Notes: generated by a model from the letters alone, not told the origin. Counted from the stretch's first letter, positions 29,887 through 38,433 are shown. The stretch is 50,306 nucleotides of DNA from SAR324 cluster bacterium (GCA_016764995.1 JAESQU010000088.1:1-50306); one strand, 5' to 3'. Numbers and translations are program-made.

Positions 29887-30456
29887 TCAGACCAATTCCG
29901 GTGCAGAAAATGAAGTATTTTCAAATTTAGAAGTTTCCAAAAAACTTATGATCTCAGTCAGTACAAGATCAATCACGCTAAAAGCAAGTTTTTCTTCTGT
30001 TTTCGACCATCGTCCCAAAACATGTCCAACCACATCCCGTTTTCCTGCAGGCCTTCCGATACCTATCCTGATTCTACGGAAGTGTCTGTCTGCTAATGAA
30101 TCTATGATCGAACGCAAACCGTTGTGTCCACCATGTCCGCCGCCGTCCCGTAAACGTGCCTTCCCCGGAGGTAAATCGAGATCATCTGAAATTATGACAA
30201 TGTTCTCAGTGGGAATTTTATAAAATTTTGCACATTCCGCAACCGCCCAACCACTTCTGTTCATGAAAGTCTGGGGCTTGATAAATATACAGACCTCGCC
30301 CTGTATTGACGTACGGCCCAACTGACTCTGAAACTTCTGCTGAAATCCGGAAATTCCCAGCCGTGACATGAGTAAATCCACTGCCTGAAACCCAATATTG
30401 TGAGGCGTTCCTTCGTACTCCTTGCCCGGATTGCCCAAGCCGGCTACCAGTTTCAT
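29887..30456 (-). CDS. pth: Peptidyl-tRNA hydrolase
   Basis: MKLVAGLGNPGKEYEGTPHNIGF starts at the ATG at 30456, with AGGAAAGGG upstream. The longer ORF-track start at 30558 overlaps ctc. Confidence 0.9.
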   Translation of the reverse strand: MKLVAGLGNPGKEYEGTPHNIGFQAVDLLMSRLGISGFQQKFQSQLGRTSIQGEVCIFIKPQTFMNRSGWAVAECAKFYKIPTENIVIISDDLDLPPGKARLRDGGGHGGHNGLRSIIDSLADRHFRRIRIGIGRPAGKRDVVGHVLGRWSKTEEKLAFSVIDLVLTEIISFLETSKFENTSFSAPELV

Positions 30457-30490
30457 CCCCGCCCTTTCCTGCTTCAGAACTTGTTCAGGT

Positions 30491-31159
30491 TTACTCTTCG
30501 TTTGCTGACTCTTCTTCTGCAGAATCTGCTGCTGTTTCCACTCCTTCTCCTTCTCCAACTTCTACTTCAATAATTTCTTCTTCCTCTTCTTTTACACGTC
30601 CAACAATTGAAATGACCGCATAATTTTCCTCAGAACTATGTGAAACTTTTTCAGGCAACTTGACGTCTAGTATTCTGATAGAATCACCTATTTCCAATTC
30701 AGAGCTATCTACTTCAATGCAAGCGGGAATATCAGCGGGCAGGCAGGAAACAGGAATATCCCAGACAACCATTTGCAGAACTCCTCCATTTTGAACTCCA
30801 GGCGATTCGCCTACAACTTCTAATGGAACCCTGACAATTTGTTCCTTTGTCGCAGGCAGTTCCCAAAAATCGAGGTGAGTGATTACGTGTTTGTAAGGGT
30901 GCTTCTGCACTTCCCTGAGTATGACCTGTGCCGTCCAGCTTTCTCCACTGTAAGAGTCGGTGACGGTAATAGGCACAAGTTCGTGCATGCCGGACATTTT
31001 CTCGAGCAGATGACGGGTTGTTTCTTCTGCCATCTCAAGCAAAATGTTACCCCGTGGACCATAAAGTACTGCTGGGATATTTCCGGATTGACGTAATTTC
31101 TGATTGGCCGATTTTCCTTTGTTGCTACGAATATTCGCTGCTAATTGATTTTGTAACAT
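30491..31159 (-). CDS. rplY: 50S ribosomal protein L25 / general stress protein Ctc form, acidic tail
   Basis: LRQSGNIPAVLYG and a two-domain Ctc length. The tail is KEEEEEIIEVEVGEGEG...EEESANEE. Confidence 0.85.
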   Translation of the reverse strand: MLQNQLAANIRSNKGKSANQKLRQSGNIPAVLYGPRGNILLEMAEETTRHLLEKMSGMHELVPITVTDSYSGESWTAQVILREVQKHPYKHVITHLDFWELPATKEQIVRVPLEVVGESPGVQNGGVLQMVVWDIPVSCLPADIPACIEVDSSELEIGDSIRILDVKLPEKVSHSSEENYAVISIVGRVKEEEEEIIEVEVGEGEGVETAADSAEEESANEE

Positions 31160-31329
31160 GTCGTTTTTTCCATCTAGTGGATGGTTTGTTGAAAAAAGTT
31201 AATCTGTAAGTCTATCCTGATTTTGCATTTCAGGCAATGAAATTCTTTTGTAAATGCAGATTAAAATTTACTTCCACATAAATCACTGAGACAAATAATT
31301 TCGATAAAAGAATAGAGTAGTCTTTCTTC

Positions 31330-32874
31330 TTAAGGACAAATGACGTTAACATCATCACAGCGTGAAATTTTTATCTCAATTACTGTTTCAGTTTCAGCCG
31401 CTGTCTCTTCTGCGTCTTCAACAGTCTCTTCAGCATCATCGATCGCGTCTTCCACGTCTTCTGTCACAACAGGCTCATCCTCAGTCACAACAGGCTCATC
31501 CTCAGTCACAACAGGTTCATCCTCAGTAACTACCGGTTCATCCTCAGTAACTACCGGTTCATCTTCTTTGACCACGTCTTCCACATCAGCCACATCTTCC
31601 ACCACTTCTTCAAGTTCATCCATGACATCAGAATTTATGATGTCATCAAGATTTACTTCAGGTTCTTCAATTTCAACATCATCAATTTCCGGATCATTCA
31701 ATTCCGCTCCTTCGACCTCTGCACCCTTGATTTCAACTTCTTCACCTCCATCTGTCAAAGCAGCATTACTTCCGTCCCCTTCTTCATCAATTTCTTTAGT
31801 TTCAGCAGAATCTTCTTCAGAATCAGCTAATTCTGCTTCACCGGAATCTTTTTCATTCAAATCTTCTTTGATGCCGCCGCCTTTTCCTTCTCCTTCATCT
31901 TTTGGATTAGCCTCATCTTTTGTGTCATTTTTTTCTTCATCAACTTTCAACTTTTTTTCATTTTCTTTGTTTTCCTCATTGTCATCGGCTTTTTGATCAT
32001 CTTTCTTAGCATTATCCTTTTTGTTATCGTCTTTCTGATCATCCTCCTTTTTGTCACTGCTTTTCTTTTCGCTGTCTTTCTTGTCATCCTTTTTAGTATC
32101 TTCTTTCTTCTTTTCCTCTTTCTTTTTTTCTGCCTTTTCCTTTTCTTCTTTTTTCTTTTCTGCTTTCTTTTTTTCCGCCTGTTTTTTCTTCTTTTTGGCT
32201 TTTTCAATAGAAATCGGTTTTGGAAATGAAACCTGTTTAAATGTTTCCGGACTGTCAGAAGATACGATATTTGCCCTGGTTTCAGGAGGCACTGTGACAG
32301 GTTTAGTTGGAGCAGATCCAACGACCACAGTTGATGCCTGATTTTGAGGAATGACTACTTCAATGTCAGGAGCAGAAACCGGAGCCATTGTAACTTCGCC
32401 GGAAAGTGTCAGCAAACTGGTTTGCTCATTTCCGGTACCCATCACAAACTCGGTTCCCTTAACACCAATTAACGCGGTTACTGTTCTTACCTTGAAGTAC
32501 GGTTTTTCACTTTTTCTTTTTAATTTATTCTTTGGAATCTTGAACTGACCTTTACCTGTTAAAAGAGCAATTTTGCTCTGAACTTCATTGACATCATCTA
32601 CTTCAAAAAACGAGCGTGAAGACAGCTGAATTACTTCTTTACTGAAAATCAGTGTGATTACTGCTTTGGAATTTGCACCAGTCTGTACTCGGTCACCGTT
32701 CAATAAAGGAAGCTTAAATCCCAACTTATTGATAATTTGCACATCGTCGCCGCGGATGATTTTTACCAAGCCTTTGCGTAGTTCAAGATCCGCAACTTGT
32801 GCTGAAACTGTTCCACCAAATGCCAGGAGCAATCCGGCCAAAAAAATAATAATAAATAACGATATAATTTTCAT
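31330..32874 (-). CDS. Secreted FecR-domain protein with a charged low-complexity region of about 300 aa
   Basis: Signal peptide ...GGTVSA-Q. LRKGLVKIIRGDD...LLNGDRVQTGANSKAVITL reads as a FecR-like domain. It is followed by a K/E block, a D/E block, EDEPVVT x5 and a C-terminal RCDDVNVICP. Confidence 0.65.
   Translation of the reverse strand: MKIISLFIIIFLAGLLLAFGGTVSAQVADLELRKGLVKIIRGDDVQIINKLGFKLPLLNGDRVQTGANSKAVITLIFSKEVIQLSSRSFFEVDDVNEVQSKIALLTGKGQFKIPKNKLKRKSEKPYFKVRTVTALIGVKGTEFVMGTGNEQTSLLTLSGEVTMAPVSAPDIEVVIPQNQASTVVVGSAPTKPVTVPPETRANIVSSDSPETFKQVSFPKPISIEKAKKKKKQAEKKKAEKKKEEKEKAEKKKEEKKKEDTKKDDKKDSEKKSSDKKEDDQKDDNKKDNAKKDDQKADDNEENKENEKKLKVDEEKNDTKDEANPKDEGEGKGGGIKEDLNEKDSGEAELADSEEDSAETKEIDEEGDGSNAALTDGGEEVEIKGAEVEGAELNDPEIDDVEIEEPEVNLDDIINSDVMDELEEVVEDVADVEDVVKEDEPVVTEDEPVVTEDEPVVTEDEPVVTEDEPVVTEDVEDAIDDAEETVEDAEETAAETETVIEIKISRCDDVNVICP
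31463..31567 (-). repeat. Five tandem 21-bp in-frame repeats (encode EDEPVVT)
   Basis: Plus-strand units gtcacaacaggctcatcctca at 31463, 31484, 31505, 31526 and 31547. The last two copies are diverged. Confidence 0.9.
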
Positions 32875-32906
32875 TACTTGCTTTGAGCATAATTGTTAAA
32901 AGAGTT

Positions 32907-33530
32907 TTAAAATATCATTGTCAGTTGAAGACTGTTGCTGTTTTTTTTATAATCCTTATTTATCAAGTTTGATTCTTGACCTTCCATTTTACGTGTATAT
33001 GCCAAAATCATCCAACTGGCCAACGGATAGGTTATACCAAATTTATACGTACTTTTCCTAGATTTTGTTTTGATTCCAGTGATGCTGTTTGCTGTCTGGT
33101 CATTTGTTTCTGCAAATTTAGTTTGCAGCGACAGCAAAACAGGTTTAAGTGGAAAACTTAACTTTACGCTGCCGGATACTTTCGATTTATCCTTGCTGTC
33201 ATCGAGCAGGTTCGTCGTTGCACTGCTTAAACTAAAATTTGTCTTAAATTTCCCAAATTTGTTTTTTGCGCCAAAACTTAATGAATTTGCGGTGCCTTTA
33301 CTGCTCGGTGTGCCCGGAACTGATTTAAGTTTATGAGCAAATTTCACTGACCACTTTGTTCCTATATCTGCACCAAAGCCGAATCCTAAATTTATAAAAG
33401 AATCCGCACCAGCCTTTTTATATTTACTAAACCACGAATCCCGGTAGCTGCTCGTTTTAGCTGTATCTTTGGTACTCAGCCGATTAGCGCCTACACCAAA
33501 AGTAATATCTCCCAGAAATGTTTTGCGCGT
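32907..33530 (-). CDS. Beta-barrel-like segment with no start codon or signal peptide of its own; in frame with the upstream ORF across one TAA
   Basis: The frame is open for all 61 codons between the upstream TAA (33531-33533) and the ORF-track GTG (33347). The sequence is beta-strand-like (GDITFGVGAN, FINLGFGFGADIG) and ends ...SLQLTMIF, with an aromatic terminal residue as in OMP beta-signals. Confidence 0.4.
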   Translation of the reverse strand, partial: TRKTFLGDITFGVGANRLSTKDTAKTSSYRDSWFSKYKKAGADSFINLGFGFGADIGTKWSVKFAHKLKSVPGTPSSKGTANSLSFGAKNKFGKFKTNFSLSSATTNLLDDSKDKSKVSGSVKLSFPLKPVLLSLQTKFAETNDQTANSITGIKTKSRKSTYKFGITYPLASWMILAYTRKMEGQESNLINKDYKKNSNSLQLTMIF

Positions 33531-34714
33531 TTACCATTCCAGCGTAAGTTGCTGGAGCATGAATTCACGTGATTCAAATTCACTCTTTTGCTGTTGATCT
33601 CCTGTAATCAAACCTTTGACGGAAAATGTTGAAAAGTAGGTAATTTTTTGATTGAAAACCGGAACCAAAACAAAATTGCTTTTTGAGGAACTGACTTTAG
33701 CACTACCGTTTGAAACGCTATTCGTATTGTCATCGTCGGCATAACCCAAAATCGTAATAAACATAAAAGGCTTTACCTTGCCTGCGTCCCTCTTTATTTC
33801 TTTTGTTTCAAAAAAAACAATAAACTCCTGCTCGTTTTCTCCTTCTTCTGTTGTTGCTATGATTTCAAAAATATTTTCCCCAGGCTCCAGTTGATAATCC
33901 ACACCAAACTTCGCCTGGTAGCTTTTTGGTGCAAGTGGCTGATTTCGTCCGTTAATACTAACCGACTTAAGCGGACTGAAGGCGCTTACCTGCACCAATA
34001 ATTCTCCATCAGCTTCTTTGACTAAATCCGGAGAAAGACTGAAAATGAGTATGTCTTCCTCTACTGCTGAAACCAGAGTACTCTGGACAGTATTGTTTGT
34101 GACTGAAACTCCATTGAGATCAGTCCCTATTTCAAAAACACCATCAACCAATCCCATGTCCGGTAGATCCGCCAAAACATCCGCTACCTCAAAAGCTTCG
34201 TCAAACGACTCCTGAATTAGTACCGGCATCGTTGAAGAAGGAAACAAAGGGTCCGGACTGATGATCTGTTCCACAAGAAAACGGGCACGTTTAACTAACT
34301 CATCGCTTTCGCAGGATGCACAAAAATCATCCATCACGTGACGTTCATTACGATCGACATGAGTCATAATCAACTGTATTTCCCCTGCGCTTTTCCTTAG
34401 TTCAAGAGAATAAAAATGATCTGTCCGTAACATATTCTGCATCGCCCGAACACAATCATCCGTTTTACATCCTCCGGAATCAAAATTGCCTTTCAGTGCC
34501 CTGCCTGCAGTTTTGTATAAATTTCCGAAAATAAGTTCATACTTTCCAGCAAGTACATTTTTCAGGTTTTGGAAAATACCGCTCTTAGTTTTACTGGAAA
34601 ACTGACCCTCCAAGACAAGTGGAGCAAGAATTGCGGTAGGTTTAGCAAACGCAGAAAAAGGTGTGAGAATTACTAAACCTGAAATAAATAAAAAAAAACG
34701 CTATAAATCTTCAA
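33531..34714 (-). CDS. Secreted protein (N-terminal alpha/beta-like module with CxxxxC and CxxC, an Ig-like segment, beta-strand C-terminus); 5' end broken in an A9/T9 run
   Basis: The ORF-track TTG at 34613 has no signal peptide. TTG 34714 gives MKIYSVFF, then leaves the frame at the nine-A run (34690-34698). One extra base would give MKIYSVFFLFISGLVILTPFSAFA-KPTAIL... The ORF ends ...QQLTLEW. Confidence 0.45.
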
Positions 34715-34842
34715 TTGTTTAGGGATATTCTGTCTCTTGTGCCTTAGGTTTCCTCTCCGCACAGATGGTAAATCCACCGCTAGAGGATGCCTCGCATCGT
34801 AAGCAATGACAGGGCTTTATGTCCTTTGCGGCTGCATCACCT

Positions 34843-35811
34843 TTATTCAGCACGAAAGAAATAATTTGTGCCATCAAAAGTATATGTACCGGATGGAGGT
34901 GTAAAGGAAACTTCTATAATATCACCACCACTATTTTCTCCAAAATATATAAGTATCGGATAAAGTTTGCCTGCTTCTAGACTTATAAATCCATATTTCA
35001 TAACGACACCATGTAGTCCACTATTATTTACTATTGCTGAACTTGAACTCCGTTCACTGACAAGTTTCTCTATGGATGTTAATTTTGAACCCAGCCATAA
35101 CCAACTGCTGTCATCACTCTTAGTGTAAAATATATGAATACCGGTTTCGGCAGCTTTGAAATAACCCTTCCACTGTACTGAATAAGTGTCGTCATAGTTA
35201 CTACCTGCTGTAGCAGTTGTAATGTTGTCAAAATATGGACCTGCAAATGATGAATGAGTTTCTTCTGTCGCGTTATCAAAAAAAGACAAATCATCATTAA
35301 AATATCCGTTATATCTTAAACCTAGTAATCCTGAAGAGTAATCAAAACTTTTGAGCGATATTTCTTTCGAAGTGTCTCCACTACTGATGGTAAACGAACT
35401 GGACTCCCCAAATTGTTCTGCCTGCACGGCTGTACTTTGAAGTTCACTTACTGTAAATATTTCATCAAAATAAGCATATGAATAGAGCTTGATTGCAGTA
35501 TCAAGAGGTACAGTCAAACTAACTGTGTCCGTACTCAGGTCAGTCAGAGCAAACTGATAGAAATTTTCCAGGGACAGATATTTTTGCTTAAAGGTGGTAT
35601 TGTCAGGTACAAGTGCAATTAATTCGGTATCCGCACCCGCCGTAAAACTTGTGCTGACTCCGGCCATTCTCGAAGATGACTGACTGTGGTTTAACTTAAT
35701 ACTGACAATTGCAGTGGCAGGTCCGGCTTTATCTATTTTTTTGCAGGCAGAAAATAGTAGAACAAGCAGAAAAATACACAGGAAGCCGACGATATTACGA
35801 ATAAAAAGCAT
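34843..35811 (-). CDS. Lipoprotein with a C-terminal PA14/GLEYA-like carbohydrate-binding domain
   Basis: Lipobox LLFSAC. GLRYNGYF...YSVQWKGYFKAAETGIHIFYTKSDDSSWLWLG...LEAGKLYPILIYFGENSGG matches the PA14 pattern. Confidence 0.7.
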   Translation of the reverse strand: MLFIRNIVGFLCIFLLVLLFSACKKIDKAGPATAIVSIKLNHSQSSSRMAGVSTSFTAGADTELIALVPDNTTFKQKYLSLENFYQFALTDLSTDTVSLTVPLDTAIKLYSYAYFDEIFTVSELQSTAVQAEQFGESSSFTISSGDTSKEISLKSFDYSSGLLGLRYNGYFNDDLSFFDNATEETHSSFAGPYFDNITTATAGSNYDDTYSVQWKGYFKAAETGIHIFYTKSDDSSWLWLGSKLTSIEKLVSERSSSSAIVNNSGLHGVVMKYGFISLEAGKLYPILIYFGENSGGDIIEVSFTPPSGTYTFDGTNYFFRAE

Positions 35812-36026
35812 TTGGATTTATTTCATCAAGTTTTGTTTGAAACTACAATTCGGTGCAAGTCAAAGAAAGCAACATGTTTCAGTGTGAAAAATCTAAAGCC
35901 TCTCATACTCAATCTCCCTTTATTCTTGAGTTTTGGGAGTTAAGTCTCTATCTTTACTACAAGTCAAACTTTGATTTTATCAGTATTAACAAGTAAGAAC
36001 AATTCAAAACAAAGCTTGAGTTAAAG

Positions 36027-37893
36027 TTGAGAATGAGCATATTTCAAAAAATTTTCTCGTACCTCGGAATCGGTCTTTTTATCTTTCTGCTGGCTCGGAT
36101 TGGGATTTTTGCTGTTCACTATGAAAACTTCAGCTCACTGACATTTGTGGAAGTCCTGCAGGGTTTTTTCTATGGACTTCGTTTTGATCTGGCATCTTTA
36201 CTGGTTTTTTCAGGAATTCCGCTACTTTTGATGGCTCTCCCGTTTCGCTGGTGCACTTCACAATGGTGGCATGTAGCACTTTCCATACTGGTCTTTTTCG
36301 TCTTGGTTTTAGAAGGCACCCTGCTAATTGGGGACGTTATTTATTTCGGTTACGTGAAACGCCATCTAACAAACGAATTATTGTTTTTAGGAAAAGACAT
36401 AAAATATTTAGTCAGCGAAGCCGCGGCAAATCCGGGTTATTTAACAATCTGGTTTGGAATGTTTTTTTTTGGACTGTTTTACTGGCTCAGGCTCAGCAAA
36501 GTCAAAGTAAGAACGGGACATTTCCACTGGCCTAAGTTTATCCTCTTTTTTGTTTTTGTGGTTATTACAGGACGTGGTGGGATCGGCATGAAACCACTGG
36601 CCATTGTGCATGCATATTCTTCCGGCAGCAGCAGTTTAGGCAACCTTATTTTGAATGGAGTTTTTTCTGCTTCCCATTCCAGTTTATCTGTTCCGGTGGA
36701 ACGTCAGCCAATTTCCGAATCACAAATCGTAACCACCTTAAATTTTGCACAAGATTTCTGGCAGAAACCATTCCCACTTACGCAAAAAAATGAGCCAAAG
36801 CCTGGGGAATCAAACAACCTTGTTGTGCTTTTTGTGGAGAGTTTAACTCCACGTTATGTTGATAGTTTTGGAGGAAATGATTACAAAATCACACCGAATT
36901 TGGACAGATTAAGTGCGGAAGGTTGGAAGTTCAACCGTTTTTATTCGCACGGTCAACGCAGCATTGAAGGCGCACAATCTGTCCTGACTGGCATGCCTTC
37001 TGTTATGGGACTGCCTACAATAGCAAATCTCTCCGCAAATTATACAAAAAATTGCGGCACTGGCGGAGGAGAACGGTGTTTCGACAATTTTTGTCAACAG
37101 CACTCTGCGAGAATCATTTCTGGCACAGGCAATAGCCGCTTCTACCGGTTTTAGTGAATATTATGGTAAAGAAGATATGCCGCTACTACTGGACTATTTT
37201 TCGGAAGAAAAGGATCGGAATCTGGGATGGGACTATGAAACATTAATCTTCAGTTTGGAGAAAATCAAAAATCGCAAAACACCCTTTCTGGCTTTCATCA
37301 GTCTCAGCACAGATCACACTCCTTTTCCAAAATTGAATGAACCTTTCAATCGTTTTCCGCATCATGCAACTGAAGAGGGTGGCTATCTGAACTCACTCCA
37401 TTATACAGACTGGGCTATCGGCGAATTTTTCAGTAAAGCGAAAGAAGAGCCCTGGTTCCAAAAAACAATCTTTGTCATCACCGCAGATCATGTTCTTGCT
37501 CATTACCAAAAAGACGGTTTCCTGGAAAGGTTCCGGATTCCTTTGATATTTTATGCTCCGGCTTTATTAAAACCTAAGGTAATTGAGACCGTTTCTTCCC
37601 ATTTAGATTTAATGCCGACCTTCATAGATTTCATGGGACTGGATGCTGAATACACGGCTTTAGGCACAAGTTTACTGCGAAAACAAGAATCGTTCGCACT
37701 TGTGCGAGAGGGTTCATTAGTTGGGATTATAACTGACAGAGCCTATCTCAAACACTCTTTGATGCGCAGAATGGAGTCTGGAAAAATAGCCGATCAAGTG
37801 CCTGATTCATATTATGACAAATTAGAAGCCCGCTTACTGGCCTGGGACAGAGTTGCCTACGATTTAACCCGAAAAAACAGATGGGCGCCTTAA
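36027..37893 (+). pseudogene. LtaS/MdoB-type membrane phosphoglycerol (sulfatase-fold) transferase, frame broken in an A6 run
   Basis: Five N-terminal TM helices, then LVVLFVESLTPRY...TPNLDRL. Frame 1 ends in nonsense after ...ANYTK. Removing one A from 37046-37051 gives ...YTKIAALAEENGVSTIFV...GFSEYYGKEDMPLLLDYF, which joins ORF 37177-37893 (STDHTPF, ITADH). The likely real start is the ATG at 36033. Confidence 0.75.
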
Positions 37894-38018
37894 AGTTGAA
37901 TTAGTGAGAAAAATCCAGATGCTGAGTCTTGGCTGAAATCATGTAGTGGATTTTAGCAATTTTTGACGTTGCAGAAAATACAACAGGATAAGACCAGAGA
38001 AGCGTATAATAAACTAAA

Positions 38019-38237
38019 ATGAAATTTATAGTGAAAAATTTTTGGATTGTGCTTTCTCTATTGGTGCTCTGGATGATGGGAGCATGTGCAACAACCAAAA
38101 CAGCCTCTTTTTACGTTAAAGCCAGAAATCCTGAAGAACTTAAGGTTCATGCTTTCGAGCGTTGCGGAAGAAACTACAAGGTACTGGCTTATGAGGACGA
38201 TACGGTACTAGTCGAATGTCTGGAGAAAAAAGACTAA
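38019..38237 (+). CDS. Small (72 aa) putative lipoprotein
   Basis: MKFIVKNFWIVLSLLVLWMMGAC has a signal peptide with a lipobox-like MMGAC. Confidence 0.4.
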   Translation: MKFIVKNFWIVLSLLVLWMMGACATTKTASFYVKARNPEELKVHAFERCGRNYKVLAYEDDTVLVECLEKKD

Positions 38238-38350
38238 GAAGACTTCTGAAAATTTTCGCGCACAATGTCCATCACCATAAAATAGCCAAGCGGTAAAATC
38301 CACAAAATATTCAAAACCGCAAAAAATGTTGCAACTATATTCCCATTCAT
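38234..38350 (-). CDS. 38-aa hydrophobic peptide (not in the ORF track)
   Basis: The ATG at 38350 is preceded by AGGAAGG 7 nt upstream. Translation: MNGNIVATFFAVLNILWILPLGYFMVMDIVRENFQKSS, one TM helix. The stop overlaps the stop of the convergent 72-aa ORF. Confidence 0.3.
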   Translation of the reverse strand: MNGNIVATFFAVLNILWILPLGYFMVMDIVRENFQKSS

Positions 38351-38404
38351 AGTTGACCTTCCTTTTTTTAAAATTTCCGAAAAATTGAAATTTACCTGAA
38401 AACT

Positions 38405-38433
38405 ATTATATATAAATAGTTGTTACGTGTACA
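38405..38433 (-). promoter_or_regulatory. Candidate sigma70-type promoter embedded in a 21-bp palindrome
   Basis: On the minus strand: TGTACA (38433-38428), 17-nt spacer, perfect TATAAT (38410-38405). The -10 element lies inside the palindrome aactatt-atatata-aatagtt (38401-38421), about 55 nt upstream of the 38-aa ORF. Confidence 0.25.

Noticed and set aside
31463-31567. Tandem repeats here and at 39873-40208, considered as CRISPR-like arrays
   Set aside because: The units are directly adjacent with no spacers, are in frame within ORFs, and encode peptide repeats.
31340-31996. 218-aa Ser/Thr-rich plus-strand ORF, with similar ORFs at 31993-32229 and 32051-32341 (plus strand) and 31947-32321 (minus strand, K/R-rich)
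   Set aside because: All lie inside the low-complexity GAA/GAT/AAG-rich part of the FecR-domain gene. Such repeats are stop-free in several frames. None has start signals, and each composition mirrors the real frame.
34717-34842. Comparatively GC-rich 126-nt gap after the PA14 gene, considered as an ncRNA or riboswitch
   Set aside because: I found only short (5-bp) local stems and no match to any riboswitch, SRP or tRNA signature I could recall. The TTG frame is also open through most of it, with in-frame GTGs at 34777 and 34762, so part of it may simply be coding N-terminus (a basic n-region of the signal peptide).
35853-35985. Two copies of caagtcaaa in the divergent PA14 / LtaS-like promoter region, considered as operator sites
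   Set aside because: Only a 9-mer seen twice in AT-rich DNA. There is no dyad symmetry and it could be chance.
38005-38010. Perfect TATAAT 8 nt upstream of the 72-aa lipoprotein ATG (possible leaderless mRNA)
   Set aside because: No convincing -35 element at proper spacing. It could be chance in AT-rich DNA. Left as a remark only.
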